A DNA stretch of 64,000 nt from Azolla caroliniana (Eukaryota; Plantae; Polypodiophyta). The stretch spans positions 11,904,001-11,968,000 of the forward strand of contig JBHGNT010000017.1 in assembly GCA_043228905.1 (NCBI GenBank), given 5' to 3'. Both the position numbers and the translations under genes were made by a program. Every line of letters begins with the position of its first letter. Within the stretch, counting starts at the first letter, position 1. The notes beneath the pieces are model-generated. The model saw nothing but the letters and a program-made list of their open reading frames with translations. It was not told where the DNA came from and did not search any database. This document shows, piece after piece, positions 32,231-44,218 of this stretch.

Positions 32231-33359
32231 CCATTGTCATCATTCTACACTCAGTTTCCGCTATTGTCCAGTCCCGGATTGCTTCCACATTTCGATTTGA
32301 CGGAGTTCACTCATCCAACGGCAACATTCTACACTCAGTTGTCGCCATTGGTCGGTCTTGGATCGCCTCCTCAACTGTTCGATCCAACGGAGTGAACTCC
32401 TCTACTGTTCAGTCTTGGATTGCAATAACTTTTCTGTCTATTGATTATCTTGTGTATTGTTGTGTCTAATCTTGTGTATTGTGGAATATTTTTGTGTATT
32501 GTTGTTGCCCATAGCCATCTTAAATACTTGTTTTTTTTTCTGGAAATTTAGGGTTTTAACATGTCCAGCCAAATAGAAGGGGAAGAAGGGTGTTTAGAAT
32601 TACCCCTCAATGATCATAAGGATAGGGATGATGCTATCAGGACACAACAAGCCATACGAAACTATTAGGCAGAAAAAAAAAGGAAACATCGTCAATTGTT
32701 GAAGGATACGAAAGCCACACTCAGTAAAGGTAAGGATAGTTTAGCTGAGAATGTAAGTAATGCGACTACCATCATAGAGAGAAAGGTTGTAGACTATTTC
32801 AATGTTCAAACCAAGCACATCAGCAATGAAGAAAAGAAGGTAGTACTTTATGGAATATGTAATGATCCATTGATAAAGGACTTAGTTGATTGTGATGGTC
32901 TTAATGCAAACATATCATCTATTTTAGTAAATAATCTTCGTAATAGTTTCGTATCCATGAGCAGGTCAGAAGATGATCTTGTCTTAAAAAGGTCTAGTCT
33001 AATGATGTTACTTAATAGTGATGTTGACGATATAAACATCAGTGAGCTATCTAAGGTAATTGGTGTTAGTAGAAAAACAATGTACAATACAATGAACCGT
33101 ATAATTTCCTCGGGTGAAGGAACTAGTCTACTAAAGCTAACTACAAGATGTAAGCCAATGACACCCATACCATTTGAAATCAAGGATGTAATCACAATGT
33201 TTTGGACTAATGAGAGTAGGGTTTCACCCAATAAAAAGGATTTATGCAGGAAACGTGTTGGAAGAAATCAATACGAGGAGCATCCCATTCATCTTCTTGA
33301 TGTACCTTAGGTATTTACATTTATCTCAACATTTGTTTTGACTCTACACGGAAAGTTAA

Positions 33360-34140
33360 TTAGCTTATCAATTACATTTGCCTAAGTTAGCTACTAGGAT
33401 AGCTACTACATAGGTAACTGGCTACTCTCAATAGCTACTACCATGATAGCTAATTAGCTATTCTCAATAGCTAATTTAGGTACTACTAGATAATTAGCTG
33501 TCCTGGTAGCTAGTTAGCTATTTCGTTATTACCAGCTAATTAGCTACTAGGAAAGCTAATTAGCTACCATGATAGCTAATTAGCTTACTAGGACAGCTAA
33601 TTAGCCACCGTGATAGCTAATTAGCTACTAAACCAGCTAATATGCTACCATGATAGCTAATTAGCTACTAAACCAGCTAATTAGCCACCATGATAGCTAA
33701 TTAGCTACTAGACTAGCTAATTAGCTACCATGATAGCTAATTAGCTACTAGACCAGCTAATTAGCTACTAGGACAGCTAATTAGCCACCATGATAGCTAA
33801 TTAGCTACTAGACCAGCTAATTAGCCACCATGATAGCTAATTAGCTACTAGGAAAGCTAATTAGCCACCATGATAGCTAATTAGCTATTAGGAAAGCTAA
33901 TTAGCCACCATGATAGCTAATTAGCTACTAGAATAGCTAATTAGCCACCATGATAGCTAATTAGCTACTAGGATAGCTAATTAGCCACCATGATAGCTAA
34001 TTAGCTACTAGGACAACTAATTAGCTACTAGAATAGTTAATAAGCTACTAGAATAGCTAATTAGCTACTAGAATAGCTAATTAGCTACTAGAATAGCTAA
34101 TTAGCTACTAGAATAGCTACTAGGATAGTTAGCTAGTTAC
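33360..34140. repeat. Satellite of the 14-bp palindrome TAGCTAATTAGCTA with ~6-bp spacers (20/40-bp period), filling a transposase intron
   Basis: Directly visible. Confidence 0.93.
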
Positions 34141-34328
34141 GAGAATAACTAATTCCCCTTTATTACGCAGGTCGATTTATTTATTAGGTTCAAACGAATG
34201 CAGCCAACTATCAAAGTTCAACTACGAACATTCAAGTCTCTTACGCCACAGTTTGTGAGACGCTTAAAGGATCGATACACATGTTGTTGCATTTACCATG
34301 TACAGATGGGTTTTTTGAAGGACTCTGT

Positions 34329-35077
34329 TGACAGGAACCCGACGTTCCTTATGCGCAACGCTCGGCCACAACCGAGCGTAGAATGATACACAGAAAACAG
34401 AAAATTAAACACGACACAAAGGAGAGGAAGATGCACAGGAGGTTTACGTGGAAAACCCAAAGAGGGAAAAACCACGGCAGCCCACAGGCTGCAAACTGTC
34501 ACTATGTGAGAATGTACAACAGTGAGTTCACTAAGGCTACGACCTCGTGCTCACAGATCTTCGCCACACGCGGCGGTTACAACAGAGGCAACGACCTCTT
34601 TCTCTCTCTCTCTCTGTACACTATTACGTGCTCTCTCTTCTTCTTGCACCAACAAGGAAGAATGACAACAACTACTAAAAGTTTGCCCTAAGTCATATTT
34701 ATACTAATATGACTTTTCGGCTATTTACAAATGTAGCCTCGATGGGCTCTCAAAAAAACATATTTACGAATATGTCTCTTCATCCAGTTCTCACCGGGTC
34801 TGTACCATCCGGCTCTCCGTAGCCGGGTACTCCTCATCCGGTTCATACCGGGCCTGCACCATCCGGCTCTCCGTAGCCGGGTACTCCTCATTCGGTTCAT
34901 ACCGGGCCTGCACCATCCGGCTCTCCGTAGCCGAGTACTCCTCATTCGGTTCATACCGGGCCTGCAACATCCGGCTCTCCGTAGCCGGGTACCCCTCATA
35001 CGGCTTCGGCCTCGGCCGAGTTTGTTCATCGGCACTGTTCTTCTTCCTTCCCATCCGGAGGGACCTGTTTCCCAACA
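34329..35077 (-). mobile_element. Solo LTR of a Copia family related to the 14321-15024 LTR; internal 60-bp repeats
   Basis: TG..CA ends; TSD TCTGT (34324-34328, 35078-35082); minus-strand start tgttgggaaacaggtccctccggatggg resembles tgttgggattacggtccctccggatggg at 14321. Confidence 0.88.
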
Positions 35078-35204
35078 TCTGTTAATCTACTACGTCACCA
35101 TAGCGCTGTCGTAGTGTATTTTGTACACTACGTGAAAAACGTATATAGTATTAGATTCAATAAAAAATGAAGAAATAGAAGAAAATAGCAAAATAAATGG
35201 AACA

Positions 35205-35272
35205 TGCATAGGGCAAGATTCGAACCTTGCACCTCCATGTTAATAATGTAATGTCTTACCATTACACTAGCA
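35205..35272 (-). promoter_or_regulatory. tRNA-like Pol III A-box/B-box module in the array LTR (repeated in all five LTRs)
   Basis: Minus strand TAGTGTAATGGT (A box), ~31 nt, then GGTTCGAATC (B box) inside a GCAAG/CTTGC stem. Confidence 0.6.
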
Positions 35273-35851
35273 TTTCATTAGTGTTAAAGCATAGATGTCC
35301 CACATAGAAAGGTAAATTCACGCTAGGATAAACATTAGAAAAACGCATAACAAAAGAAAAAGCTACACATACACATCTAGCGTGCATGATAAAAAACGCA
35401 CAAGTTAGAAAAAAGCATGATCACTTTAGATAAAGCATATAGTCTATCTATAGGAAAAGCATGGGGTCTATAGTTAGAGAAAAAGCATGGATTACTAAGA
35501 CTTCCTCATCACTACATAAGGATGGGGAGCACAATGTAATTGTGTGTGAAAAATATTTGGAAACTGGATATGTTTCTAAAAAACACCAATTAATAAACTA
35601 TACTCGTGGGATTCACGAGAATTCTATATCATTCTCTTTCAACCGAAGTTTATATTCTTATATTCATATTGATTAATCTAATACAATACACTCGTGGGAT
35701 TCACGAGATTGCTATAACTCTTTCTTACAACATATTTATATTCTTATTAGCCTTAAAACTCTCCTCTTTCTAGTCCAAAACCCCAGCGGTTCCCACCCGA
35801 CTCACGCAACGATCCGGAGCCGAAAGGCACGACACAGTTGGTGAACCCGAC

Positions 35852-37894
35852 GTGAAGGCGGGTGGCAAGGAGATGGAGAATCAACAAGAGGCAATGAGCA
35901 TAACGATGATGATGATGTTCGAGCGGATGCTACAAGAACAACGAGTGATGTCGGAGATCACGGGGGCAGTAAAGCGGCTCGTACAACGAAACGGACAATT
36001 CAACGGAAACGATGTGTCATGCTATCTACGTGACTACAAGGCGGAGATGATACGATGTGGGATACCGGAAGGATTGCAAGTGACATCCTTCAATCGGGTG
36101 GCCACGGATGAGCTACAAGAAAGAATCTACAAGATACGGCAACAAAACTCGACATGGGGGTCATTCGAAGAAGCTTTACGAGAGACATATGATTACAAGA
36201 GATCAAAGGGACAAGATCGGCGAAAATTCGACGAATGGGTGGCATCGGAGAAGACCCACCGAAGTGCAACACAAGCATTCCTAGAGTTCGAGCATCGTCT
36301 TGCTCAACTCTCGGAGCAGGAACAAAGATTGGTGGGGGAGGACAAAGTCCTAATGTTCGTAAGATCGATTGATCGGAAAGAAAGGAAGGACATCGGGATT
36401 GAACTCGAAGACGATGACGGTGCGAATGGTCTTACCGAAGATTGGGCCGAAGTCCAAAGGGTATGCCGGAGACATGATGAGAGGAAGATGAGAATCTTGT
36501 CAACAACATGGCCGATGAAGGATGGTCGATTGAGGAAAAACGATGAAGCCAATATGAAGGCCGAAATACAACATGATGGTACCACGGGAGAAAGAGTGGA
36601 ACAAGACACCCACTCGTCTTGTGAAAGAACGATGGCGAAGGATAAGGCCGATAATGCAAGTGTAGAAGGAAATTTCGGGATACAAGTGCCCGAGACATCG
36701 GGTCAAAAAGGGGTAAGCATAATAGATGTTTGCATAATTGATGCAGATAAAGAGTGTGAAGCGGATGTGATTAAGGAGGTAGCCACAAAAGACGAAATCG
36801 AATCGGAGGTGGCTATGGACGAATCAATGGCGGATTGCCATATCGAGACTTCCCCACCACTGATTCCAGAGACTCCGGCGGTTGCGATCGAAAGGCAACG
36901 TGAGACCGAAGAGACGGAAGGTGGCGGAGAGAAAACGAATGTCGAAGCCGACGAATATGATGAAGAGATAGCCGAGAAGAATGCTAAGGGTGAAACTACG
37001 AAAGAAGGTAATACCGAGGATTCATGCCAACAATATCTAGAGACTTCGGCGGTTGTGTCCGAGAACCAACGTGAGACCGGAGAGACGGGAGATGGCGGCG
37101 AGGAAGGTAAAGTCGGAAGTCGGTTCGGATGGAAAATGATCCATCCGAAATTCCAATCTAAAAGAAAGTGCGACAATGCGGAGGTCGGGTCTACGACGGG
37201 AGAAGCGCGTAATACAGAGCACGCTCTACGGCGAATAAAGAAACGTGTGTTATGGCGAATAAAGAAGCACGCGCTACGGCGAGAAAAGAAGCATGCATTA
37301 CAACCACACGAGGACCGAACAACGAGCACATATCGGAGGACCTACGTGGCGAACAACGGAAAGAAGTGCCGAAAGTCGAACCGGACAAGACAGGTGAAAA
37401 CGAAGAAAAGAAAGCAAATCCGGACGAAAAGAAAAGAAAAGAAACCGACCCGAAAGAGCACTGAATCGGTAAAAACCGATCAACCGAGTCCGGATCGACC
37501 GAATACAAATCGGAAAGGAAGCCGAACTAAACGAAAGACGATCCGACGAGACCGAATCGGAAGTAAGCTAATCCGACTAAACCGAAAATCCGAAAAGAAG
37601 TCGAGATTGATGAAGAAAAGAAAGAGGGCAAGAAAAGATACTACCGCGGATGACAAGGACCAAGCGGGCCATGCAAAAAGCGAACGAAGACTATGGTGGA
37701 TCGGATGGCGACAATGGTTCGGGTGGAAAGAATGGATGTGCTCCAAATGGAGAGACAAAGTCAACATAACAAGAGAAGTCGAGGGTACTACGAGCCGGCA
37801 ACAAAACCAATCGGGTAGAGACCGGACGGAGGAGACTAACAAACACCAACAACTTTGGCACATACCGGAGGATGTGCGGGTTTGGAGGGGGTGA
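35852..37894 (+). CDS. Gag-like 680-aa ORF, copy 1 (capsid-like N-terminus, acidic middle, very basic C-terminus)
   Basis: Spans PBS to PPT; FNGNDVSCYLRDY...TWGSFEEALRETY...FLEFEHRLAQL resembles retrotransposon gag; first ATG at 35873. Confidence 0.75.
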   Translation: MKAGGKEMENQQEAMSITMMMMFERMLQEQRVMSEITGAVKRLVQRNGQFNGNDVSCYLRDYKAEMIRCGIPEGLQVTSFNRVATDELQERIYKIRQQNSTWGSFEEALRETYDYKRSKGQDRRKFDEWVASEKTHRSATQAFLEFEHRLAQLSEQEQRLVGEDKVLMFVRSIDRKERKDIGIELEDDDGANGLTEDWAEVQRVCRRHDERKMRILSTTWPMKDGRLRKNDEANMKAEIQHDGTTGERVEQDTHSSCERTMAKDKADNASVEGNFGIQVPETSGQKGVSIIDVCIIDADKECEADVIKEVATKDEIESEVAMDESMADCHIETSPPLIPETPAVAIERQRETEETEGGGEKTNVEADEYDEEIAEKNAKGETTKEGNTEDSCQQYLETSAVVSENQRETGETGDGGEEGKVGSRFGWKMIHPKFQSKRKCDNAEVGSTTGEARNTEHALRRIKKRVLWRIKKHALRREKKHALQPHEDRTTSTYRRTYVANNGKKCRKSNRTRQVKTKKRKQIRTKRKEKKPTRKSTESVKTDQPSPDRPNTNRKGSRTKRKTIRRDRIGSKLIRLNRKSEKKSRLMKKRKRARKDTTADDKDQAGHAKSERRLWWIGWRQWFGWKEWMCSKWRDKVNITREVEGTTSRQQNQSGRDRTEETNKHQQLWHIPEDVRVWRG

Positions 37895-38640
37895 GTGTCG
37901 TAGTGTATTTTGTACACTACGTGAAAAACGTATATAGTATTAGATTCAATAAAAAATGAAGAAATAGAAGAAAATAGCAAAATAAATGGAACATGCATAG
38001 GGCAAGATTCGAACCTTGCACCTCCATGTTAATAATGTAATGTCTTACCATTACATTAGCATTTCATTAGTGTTAAAGCATAGATGTCCCACATAGAAAG
38101 GTAAATTCACGCTAGGATAAACATTAGAAAAACGCATAACAAAAGAAAAAGCTACACATACACATCTAGCGTGCATGATAAAAAACGCACAAGTTAGAAA
38201 AAAGCATGATCACTTTAGATAAAGCATATAGTCTATCTATAGGAAAAGCATGGGGTCTATAGTTAGAGAAAAAGCATGGATTACTAAGACTTCCTCATCA
38301 CTACATAAGGATGGGGAGCACAATGTAATTGTGTGTGAAAAATATTTGGAAACTGGATATGTTTCTAAAAAACACCAATTAATAAACTATACTCGTGGGA
38401 TTCACGAGAATTCTATATCATTCTCTTTCAACCGAAGTTTATATTCTTATATTCATATTGATTAATCTAATACAATACACTCGTGGGATTCACGAGATTG
38501 CTATAACTCTTTCTTACAACATATTTATATTCTTATTAGCCTTAAAACTCTCCTCTTTCTAGTCCAAAACCCCAGCGGTTCCCACCCGACTCACGCAACG
38601 ATCCGGAGCCGAAAGGCACGACACAGTTGGTGAACCCGAC

Positions 38641-40683
38641 GTGAAGGCGGGTGGCAAGGAGATGGAGAATCAACAAGAGGCAATGAGCATAACGATGATG
38701 ATGATGTTCGAGCGGATGCTACAAGAACAACGAGTGATGTCGGAGATCACGGGGGCAGTAAAGCGGCTCGTACAACGAAACGGACAATTCAACGGAAACG
38801 ATGTGTCATGCTATCTACGTGACTACAAGGCGGAGATGATACGATGTGGGATACCGGAAGGATTGCAAGTGACATCCTTCAATCGGGTGGCCACGGATGA
38901 GCTACAAGAAAGAATCTACAAGATACGGCAACAAAACTCGACATGGGGGTCATTCGAAGAAGCTTTACGAGAGACATATGATTACAAGAGATCAAAGGGA
39001 CAAGATCGGCGAAAATTCGACGAATGGGTGGCATCGGAGAAGACCCACCGAAGTGCAACACAAGCATTCCTAGAGTTCGAGCATCGTCTTGCTCAACTCT
39101 CGGAGCAGGAACAAAGATTGGTGGGGGAGGACAAAGTCCTAATGTTCGTAAGATCGATTGATCGGAAAGAAAGGAAGGACATCGGGATTGAACTCGAAGA
39201 CGATGACGGTGCGAATGGTCTTACCGAAGATTGGGCCGAAGTCCAAAGGGTATGCCGGAGACATGATGAGAGGAAGATGAGAATCTTGTCAACAACATGG
39301 CCGATGAAGGATGGTCGATTGAGGAAAAACGATGAAGCCAATATGAAGGCCGAAATACAACATGATGGTACCACGGGAGAAAGAGTGGAACAAGACACCC
39401 ACTCGTCTTGTGAAAGAACGATGGCGAAGGATAAGGCCGATAATGCAAGTGTAGAAGGAAATTTCGGGATACAAGTGCCCGAGACATCGGGTCAAAAAGG
39501 GGTAAGCATAATAGATGTTTGCATAATTGATGCAGATAAAGAGTGTGAAGCGGATGTGATTAAGGAGGTAGCCACAAAAGACGAAATCGAATCGGAGGTG
39601 GCTATGGACGAATCAATGGCGGATTGCCATATCGAGACTTCCCCACCACTGATTCCAGAGACTCCGGCGGTTGCGATCGAAAGGCAACGTGAGACCGAAG
39701 AGACGGAAGGTGGCGGAGAGAAAACGAATGTCGAAGCCGACGAATATGATGAAGAGATAGCCGAGAAGAATGCTAAGGGTGAAACTACGAAAGAAGGTAA
39801 TACCGAGGATTCATGCCAACAATATCTAGAGACTTCGGCGGTTGTGTCCGAGAACCAACGTGAGACCGGAGAGACGGGAGATGGCGGCGAGGAAGGTAAA
39901 GTCGGAAGTCGGTTCGGATGGAAAATGATCCATCCGAAATTCCAATCTAAAAGAAAGTGCGACAATGCGGAGGTCGGGTCTACGACGGGAGAAGCGCGTA
40001 ATACAGAGCACGCTCTACGGCGAATAAAGAAACGTGTGTTATGGCGAATAAAGAAGCACGCGCTACGGCGAGAAAAGAAGCATGCATTACAACCACACGA
40101 GGACCGAACAACGAGCACATATCGGAGGACCTACGTGGCGAACAACGGAAAGAAGTGCCGAAAGTCGAACCGGACAAGACAGGTGAAAACGAAGAAAAGA
40201 AAGCAAATCCGGACGAAAAGAAAAGAAAAGAAACCGACCCGAAAGAGCACTGAATCGGTAAAAACCGATCAACCGAGTCCGGATCGACCGAATACAAATC
40301 GGAAAGGAAGCCGAACTAAACGAAAGACGATCCGACGAGACCGAATCGGAAGTAAGCTAATCCGACTAAACCGAAAATCCGAAAAGAAGTCGAGATTGAT
40401 GAAGAAAAGAAAGAGGGCAAGAAAAGATACTACCGCGGATGACAAGGACCAAGCGGGCCATGCAAAAAGCGAACGAAGACTATGGTGGATCGGATGGCGA
40501 CAATGGTTCGGGTGGAAAGAATGGATGTGCTCCAAATGGAGAGACAAAGTCAACATAACAAGAGAAGTCGAGGGTACTACGAGCCGGCAACAAAACCAAT
40601 CGGGTAGAGACCGGACGGAGGAGACTAACAAACACCAACAACTTTGGCACATACCGGAGGATGTGCGGGTTTGGAGGGGGTGA
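38641..40683 (+). CDS. Gag-like 680-aa ORF, copy 2
   Basis: Translation identical to copy 1. Confidence 0.75.
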   Translation: MKAGGKEMENQQEAMSITMMMMFERMLQEQRVMSEITGAVKRLVQRNGQFNGNDVSCYLRDYKAEMIRCGIPEGLQVTSFNRVATDELQERIYKIRQQNSTWGSFEEALRETYDYKRSKGQDRRKFDEWVASEKTHRSATQAFLEFEHRLAQLSEQEQRLVGEDKVLMFVRSIDRKERKDIGIELEDDDGANGLTEDWAEVQRVCRRHDERKMRILSTTWPMKDGRLRKNDEANMKAEIQHDGTTGERVEQDTHSSCERTMAKDKADNASVEGNFGIQVPETSGQKGVSIIDVCIIDADKECEADVIKEVATKDEIESEVAMDESMADCHIETSPPLIPETPAVAIERQRETEETEGGGEKTNVEADEYDEEIAEKNAKGETTKEGNTEDSCQQYLETSAVVSENQRETGETGDGGEEGKVGSRFGWKMIHPKFQSKRKCDNAEVGSTTGEARNTEHALRRIKKRVLWRIKKHALRREKKHALQPHEDRTTSTYRRTYVANNGKKCRKSNRTRQVKTKKRKQIRTKRKEKKPTRKSTESVKTDQPSPDRPNTNRKGSRTKRKTIRRDRIGSKLIRLNRKSEKKSRLMKKRKRARKDTTADDKDQAGHAKSERRLWWIGWRQWFGWKEWMCSKWRDKVNITREVEGTTSRQQNQSGRDRTEETNKHQQLWHIPEDVRVWRG

Positions 40684-41429
40684 GTGTCGTAGTGTATTTT
40701 GTACACTACGTGAAAAACGTATATAGTATTAGATTCAATAAAAAATGAAGAAATAGAAGAAAATAGCAAAATAAATGGAACATGCATAGGGCAAGATTCG
40801 AACCTTGCACCTCCATGTTAATAATGTAATGTCTTACCATTACACTAGCATTTCATTAGTGTTAAAGCATAGATGTCCCACATAGAAAGGTAAATTCACG
40901 CTAGGATAAACATTAGAAAAACGCATAACAAAAGAAAAAGCTACACATACACATCTAGCGTGCATGATAAAAAACGCACAAGTTAGAAAAAAGCATGATC
41001 ACTTTAGATAAAGCATATAGTCTATCTATAGGAAAAGCATGGGGTCTATAGTTAGAGAAAAAGCATGGATTACTAAGACTTCCTCATCACTACATAAGGA
41101 TGGGGAGCACAATGTAATTGTGTGTGAAAAATATTTGGAAACTGGATATGTTTCTAAAAAACACCAATTAATAAACTATACTCGTGGGATTCACGAGAAT
41201 TCTATATCATTCTCTTTCAACCGAAGTTTATATTCTTATATTCATATTGATTAATCTAATACAATACACTCGTGGGATTCACGAGATTGCTATAACTCTT
41301 TCTTACAACATATTTATATTCTTATTAGCCTTAAAACTCTCCTCTTTCTAGTCCAAAACCCCAGCGGTTCCCACCCGACTCACGCAACGATCCGGAGCCG
41401 AAAGGCACGACACAGTTGGTGAACCCGAC

Positions 41430-43472
41430 GTGAAGGCGGGAGGCAAGGAGATGGAGAATCAACAAGAGGCAATGAGCATAACGATGATGATGATGTTCGA
41501 GCGGATGCTACAAGAACAACGAGTGATGTCGGAGATCACGGGGGCAGTAAAGCGGCTCGTACAACGAAACGGACAATTCAACGGAAACGATGTGTCATGC
41601 TATCTACGTGACTACAAGGCGGAGATGATACGATGTGGGATACCGGAAGGATTGCAAGTGACATCCTTCAATCGGGTGGCCACGGATGAGCTACAAGAAA
41701 GAATCTACAAGATACGGCAACAAAACTCGACATGGGGGTCATTCGAAGAAGCTTTACGAGAGACATATGATTACAAGAGATCAAAGGGACAAGATCGGCG
41801 AAAATTCGACGAATGGGTGGCATCGGAGAAGACCCACCGAAGTGCAACACAAGCATTCCTAGAGTTCGAGCATCGTCTTGCTCAACTCTCGGAGCAGGAA
41901 CAAAGATTGGTGGGGGAGGACAAAGTCCTAATGTTCGTAAGATCGATTGATCGGAAAGAAAGGAAGGACATCGGGATTGAACTCGAAGACGATGACGGTG
42001 CGAATGGTCTTACCGAAGATTGGGCCGAAGTCCAAAGGGTATGCCGGAGACATGATGAGAGGAAGATGAGAATCTTGTCAACAACATGGCCGATGAAGGA
42101 TGGTCGATTGAGGAAAAACGATGAAGCCAATATGAAGGCCGAAATACAACATGATGGTACCACGGGAGAAAGAGTGGAACAAGACACCCACTCGTCTTGT
42201 GAAAGAACGATGGCGAAGGATAAGGCCGATAATGCAAGTGTAGAAGGAAATTTCGGGATACAAGTGCCCGAGACATCGGGTCAAAAAGGGGTAAGCATAA
42301 TAGATGTTTGCATAATTGATGCAGATAAAGAGTGTGAAGCGGATGTGATTAAGGAGGTAGCCACAAAAGACGAAATCGAATCGGAGGTGGCTATGGACGA
42401 ATCAATGGCGGATTGCCATATCGAGACTTCCCCACCACTGATTCCAGAGACTCCGGCGGTTGCGATCGAAAGGCAACGTGAGACCGAAGAGACGGAAGGT
42501 GGCGGAGAGAAAACGAATGTCGAAGCCGACGAATATGATGAAGAGATAGCCGAGAAGAATGCTAAGGGTGAAACTACGAAAGAAGGTAATACCGAGGATT
42601 CATGCCAACAATATCTAGAGACTTCGGCGGTTGTGTCCGAGAACCAACGTGAGACCGGAGAGACGGGAGATGGCGGCGAGGAAGGTAAAGTCGGAAGTCG
42701 GTTCGGATGGAAAATGATCCATCCGAAATTCCAATCTAAAAGAAAGTGCGACAATGCGGAGGTCGGGTCTACGACGGGAGAAGCGCGTAATACAGAGCAC
42801 GCTCTACGGCGAATAAAGAAACGTGTGTTATGGCGAATAAAGAAGCACGCGCTACGGCGAGAAAAGAAGCATGCATTACAACCACACGAGGACCGAACAA
42901 CGAGCACATATCGGAGGACCTACGTGGCGAACAACGGAAAGAAGTGCCGAAAGTCGAACCGGACAAGACAGGTGAAAACGAAGAAAAGAAAGCAAATCCG
43001 GACGAAAAGAAAAGAAAAGAAACCGACCCGAAAGAGCACTGAATCGGTAAAAACCGATCAACCGAGTCCGGATCGACCGAATACAAATCGGAAAGGAAGC
43101 CGAACTAAACGAAAGACGATCCGACGAGACCGAATCGGAAGTAAGCTAATCCGACTAAACCGAAAATCCGAAAAGAAGTCGAGATTGATGAAGAAAAGAA
43201 AGAGGGCAAGAAAAGATACTACCGCGGATGACAAGGACCAAGCGGGCCATGCAAAAAGCGAACGAAGACTATGGTGGATCGGATGGCGACAATGGTTCGG
43301 GTGGAAAGAATGGATGTGCTCCAAATGGAGAGACAAAGTCAACATAACAAGAGAAGTCGAGGGTACTACGAGCCGGCAACAAAACCAATCGGGTAGAGAC
43401 CGGACGGAGGAGACTAACAAACACCAACAACTTTGGCACATACCGGAGGATGTGCGGGTTTGGAGGGGGTGA
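41430..43472 (+). CDS. Gag-like 680-aa ORF, copy 3
   Basis: Translation identical to copy 1. Confidence 0.75.
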   Translation: MKAGGKEMENQQEAMSITMMMMFERMLQEQRVMSEITGAVKRLVQRNGQFNGNDVSCYLRDYKAEMIRCGIPEGLQVTSFNRVATDELQERIYKIRQQNSTWGSFEEALRETYDYKRSKGQDRRKFDEWVASEKTHRSATQAFLEFEHRLAQLSEQEQRLVGEDKVLMFVRSIDRKERKDIGIELEDDDGANGLTEDWAEVQRVCRRHDERKMRILSTTWPMKDGRLRKNDEANMKAEIQHDGTTGERVEQDTHSSCERTMAKDKADNASVEGNFGIQVPETSGQKGVSIIDVCIIDADKECEADVIKEVATKDEIESEVAMDESMADCHIETSPPLIPETPAVAIERQRETEETEGGGEKTNVEADEYDEEIAEKNAKGETTKEGNTEDSCQQYLETSAVVSENQRETGETGDGGEEGKVGSRFGWKMIHPKFQSKRKCDNAEVGSTTGEARNTEHALRRIKKRVLWRIKKHALRREKKHALQPHEDRTTSTYRRTYVANNGKKCRKSNRTRQVKTKKRKQIRTKRKEKKPTRKSTESVKTDQPSPDRPNTNRKGSRTKRKTIRRDRIGSKLIRLNRKSEKKSRLMKKRKRARKDTTADDKDQAGHAKSERRLWWIGWRQWFGWKEWMCSKWRDKVNITREVEGTTSRQQNQSGRDRTEETNKHQQLWHIPEDVRVWRG

Positions 43473-44218
43473 GTGTCGTAGTGTATTTTGTACACTACGT
43501 GAAAAACGTATATAGTATTAGATTCAATAAAAAATGAAGAAATAGAAGAAAATAGCAAAATAAATGGAACATGCATAGGGCAAGATTCGAACCTTGCACC
43601 TCCATGTTAATAATGTAATGTCTTACCATTACACTAGCATTTCATTAGTGTTAAAGCATAGATGTCCCACATAGAAAGGTAAATTCACGCTAGGATAAAC
43701 ATTAGAAAAACGCATAACAAAAGAAAAAGCTACACATACACATCTAGCGTGCATGATAAAAAACGCACAAGTTAGAAAAAAGCATGATCACTTTAGATAA
43801 AGCATATAGTCTATCTATAGGAAAAGCATGGGGTCTATAGTTAGAGAAAAAGCATGGATTACTAAGACTTCCTCATCACTACATAAGGATGGGGAGCACA
43901 ATGTAATTGTGTGTGAAAAATATTTGGAAACTGGATATGTTTCTAAAAAACACCAATTAATAAACTATACTCGTGGGATTCACGAGAATTCTATATCATT
44001 CTCTTTCAACCGAAGTTTATATTCTTATATTCATATTGATTAATCTAATACAATACACTCGTGGGATTCACGAGATTGCTATAACTCTTTCTTACAACAT
44101 ATTTATATTCTTATTAGCCTTAAAACTCTCCTCTTTCTAGTCCAAAACCCCAGCGGTTCCCACCCGACTCACGCAACGATCCGGAGCCGAAAGGCACGAC
44201 ACAGTTGGTGAACCCGAC

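Noticed and set aside
33360-34140. Palindromic repeats with short spacers resembling a CRISPR array
   Set aside because: Spacers are ~6 bp and recurrent, the context is a eukaryotic intron, and there are no cas genes.
35205-35272. Functional tRNA gene
   Set aside because: Acceptor and anticodon stems do not form; kept only as a promoter-like relic.
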